A stretch of DNA of 64,000 nt from Planctomycetota bacterium (GTDB lineage: Bacteria > Planctomycetota > UBA1135). A model generated the notes under the pieces. The model made no database searches, was not told the DNA's origin, and saw only the letters and a program-made list of their open reading frames with translations. The position numbers and the translations under genes are program-made. The stretch spans positions 287,675-351,674 of the forward strand of contig SHNF01000006.1 in the NCBI GenBank assembly GCA_004295085.1. The letters are read 5' to 3'. Each line of letters begins with the position of its first letter. Within the stretch, counting starts at the first letter, position 1. Of the stretch, positions 62,694-64,000 are shown in pieces.

Positions 62694-64000
62694 TTACTTC
62701 TTCGGCCGCAGGCGCTTGACCCAGCCGCGGGCGACGCAGGCCTCGCCGACGCGCTCCAGGGCCACCAGGTAGGCGGCCAGCCGCGGGTGCACCTTCTCGC
62801 GCCGGGCGGTGGCCTGCATGGCCTGGAAAGCGTTGGTGATGCGCTGGTCGAGGCGCTGGTGCACGTCCTCCAGGCTCCAGGCGTAGTTGGCGCTGTTCTG
62901 CACCTGCTCGAAGTAGGAGACGGTCACTCCGCCGCCGTTGGCGAGGATGTCGGGCAGCACGAACACGCCCTTGTCGTGCAGGATGAGGTCGGCGTCCGGC
63001 GTGGTGGGGCCGTTGGCCAGCTCGCACACGACCTTGGCCTTGACGCGGGAGGCGTTGCGCCCCGTGATCACTCCTTCCATGGCGGCCGGATACAGCACGT
63101 CCACCGGCAGCTCGAGCAGGTCGGGGTTGGAGATCGGCTCGGTATTGGGGGTGCCGGTCACGGAGCCGGTCTTGCGCTTCTGCTCCGCGGCCGCGCGCGG
63201 GTCGATGCCCTTGGGGTTGTAGGCGCCGCCGTGCGTGTCGCTCACCGCCACCAGCGTGCCGCCGCCGAGGATCGCGCGGTGCAGGTGGGAAACGAAGCTG
63301 CCGGCGTTGCCGAAGCCCTGCACCGCGTAGCGCAGGCCATTGGCGCGCGGCCCCAGCTCCCGCACGGCCTCCCGCACCGCGTACACGCCGCCGCGGCTGG
63401 TGGCGTCGTCGCGGCCCAGCGATCCGCCGACGGTCAAGGGCTTGCCGGTGATGACGCCCGGCTCGTGCCGGCCGCGGATGACCTCGAACTCGTCCATCAT
63501 CCAGGCCATGATGCGCGGGTCGGTGTAGACGTCGGGCGCCGGCACGTCCTGGTGGTCGCCGACGATGCGGGCCATGGCCCGCATCTCGGCGCGCGCGAGG
63601 CGCTCCTTCTCGCCGTCCGAAAGCTGCTTGGGATCGCAGATGACGCCGCCCTTGCCGCCGCCGAGCGGCAGATCCATGATCGCCGTCTTCCAGGTCATCC
63701 ACGCGGCCAGCGCCCGCACCGTGTCGATGGTCTCGGCCGGGTGCCAGCGCAGCCCGCCCTTCGCCGGCCCGCGCGCGTGGTTGTGCTGCACGCGGAAGCC
63801 GTGGAAGACGCGCACGGAACCGTCGTCCAAGCTGACCGGCAGCGTGAAGTGCATCTCCACCTGCGGCCAGCGCAGCAGCTCGGCGAGTGGCGCGTCCAGC
63901 CCGAGGCGCGCTGCGGCCTCGTCGATCTGGCGCTGGGCGATGGCAAAGGGATTGGCCGATTCCGCCGGCCTGGCCGGGCCGGAGGGCTTGGTCGCAGTCG
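62694..64000 (-). CDS. gdhA: glutamate dehydrogenase (Glu/Leu/Phe/Val dehydrogenase family); N-terminus probably beyond the window end
   Basis: [60 protein letters not shown]. The frame stays open upstream of the listed Met at 63860 (…[36 protein letters not shown]) to base 64000. Confidence 0.9.
   Translation of the reverse strand, partial: TATKPSGPARPAESANPFAIAQRQIDEAAARLGLDAPLAELLRWPQVEMHFTLPVSLDDGSVRVFHGFRVQHNHARGPAKGGLRWHPAETIDTVRALAAWMTWKTAIMDLPLGGGKGGVICDPKQLSDGEKERLARAEMRAMARIVGDHQDVPAPDVYTDPRIMAWMMDEFEVIRGRHEPGVITGKPLTVGGSLGRDDATSRGGVYAVREAVRELGPRANGLRYAVQGFGNAGSFVSHLHRAILGGGTLVAVSDTHGGAYNPKGIDPRAAAEQKRKTGSVTGTPNTEPISNPDLLELPVDVLYPAAMEGVITGRNASRVKAKVVCELANGPTTPDADLILHDKGVFVLPDILANGGGVTVSYFEQVQNSANYAWSLEDVHQRLDQRITNAFQAMQATARREKVHPRLAAYLVALERVGEACVARGWVKRLRPKK

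Overview
This is a very GC-rich bacterial chromosomal segment, gene-dense on both strands. I can support about 55 CDS and one likely pseudogene. I recognised no rRNA, tRNA, CRISPR array, transposase, integrase or phage genes. Because of the GC content, almost every region shows long spurious ORFs in several frames. I chose frames by recognisable motifs, signal peptides, start-codon context, stop/start overlaps and amino-acid composition. All family calls come from reading the translations, not from searches.

Content:
- Housekeeping and metabolic genes: boxB 3' end, thymidine phosphorylase, rsmJ, nadA, two group II PLP decarboxylases, homocysteine S-methyltransferase, aldehyde dehydrogenase, prolyl oligopeptidase, M14 carboxypeptidase and glutamate dehydrogenase.
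- Many secreted or envelope proteins: FG-GAP proteins, beta-helix/PKD, DUF2961, DNRLRE-like and BNR-like.
- Redox genes: three Gfo/Idh/MocA oxidoreductases (two with Tat-type signals) and two ApbE flavin transferases.
- Signalling genes: a hybrid histidine kinase, two ECF sigma / Ser-Thr kinase pairs, and a sigma/anti-sigma pair whose anti-sigma is fused to TPR repeats and a CHAT protease.

Most notable observations:
1. Two genes only make sense if an in-frame TGA is decoded as selenocysteine. One is a thioredoxin-fold U-P-P-C protein (12041-12976). The other is a MerB-like protein with TGA at the catalytic-Cys position (28935-29612). Each TGA is followed by a SECIS-like hairpin with a GGU-containing loop.
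2. The membrane anti-sigma-TPR-CHAT module sits in a visibly less GC-rich block (about 36.0-44.9 kb).
3. An ApbE / porin / FMN-binding / His-rich membrane protein operon lies at 19204-22545.

The taxon cannot be assigned from this window alone.
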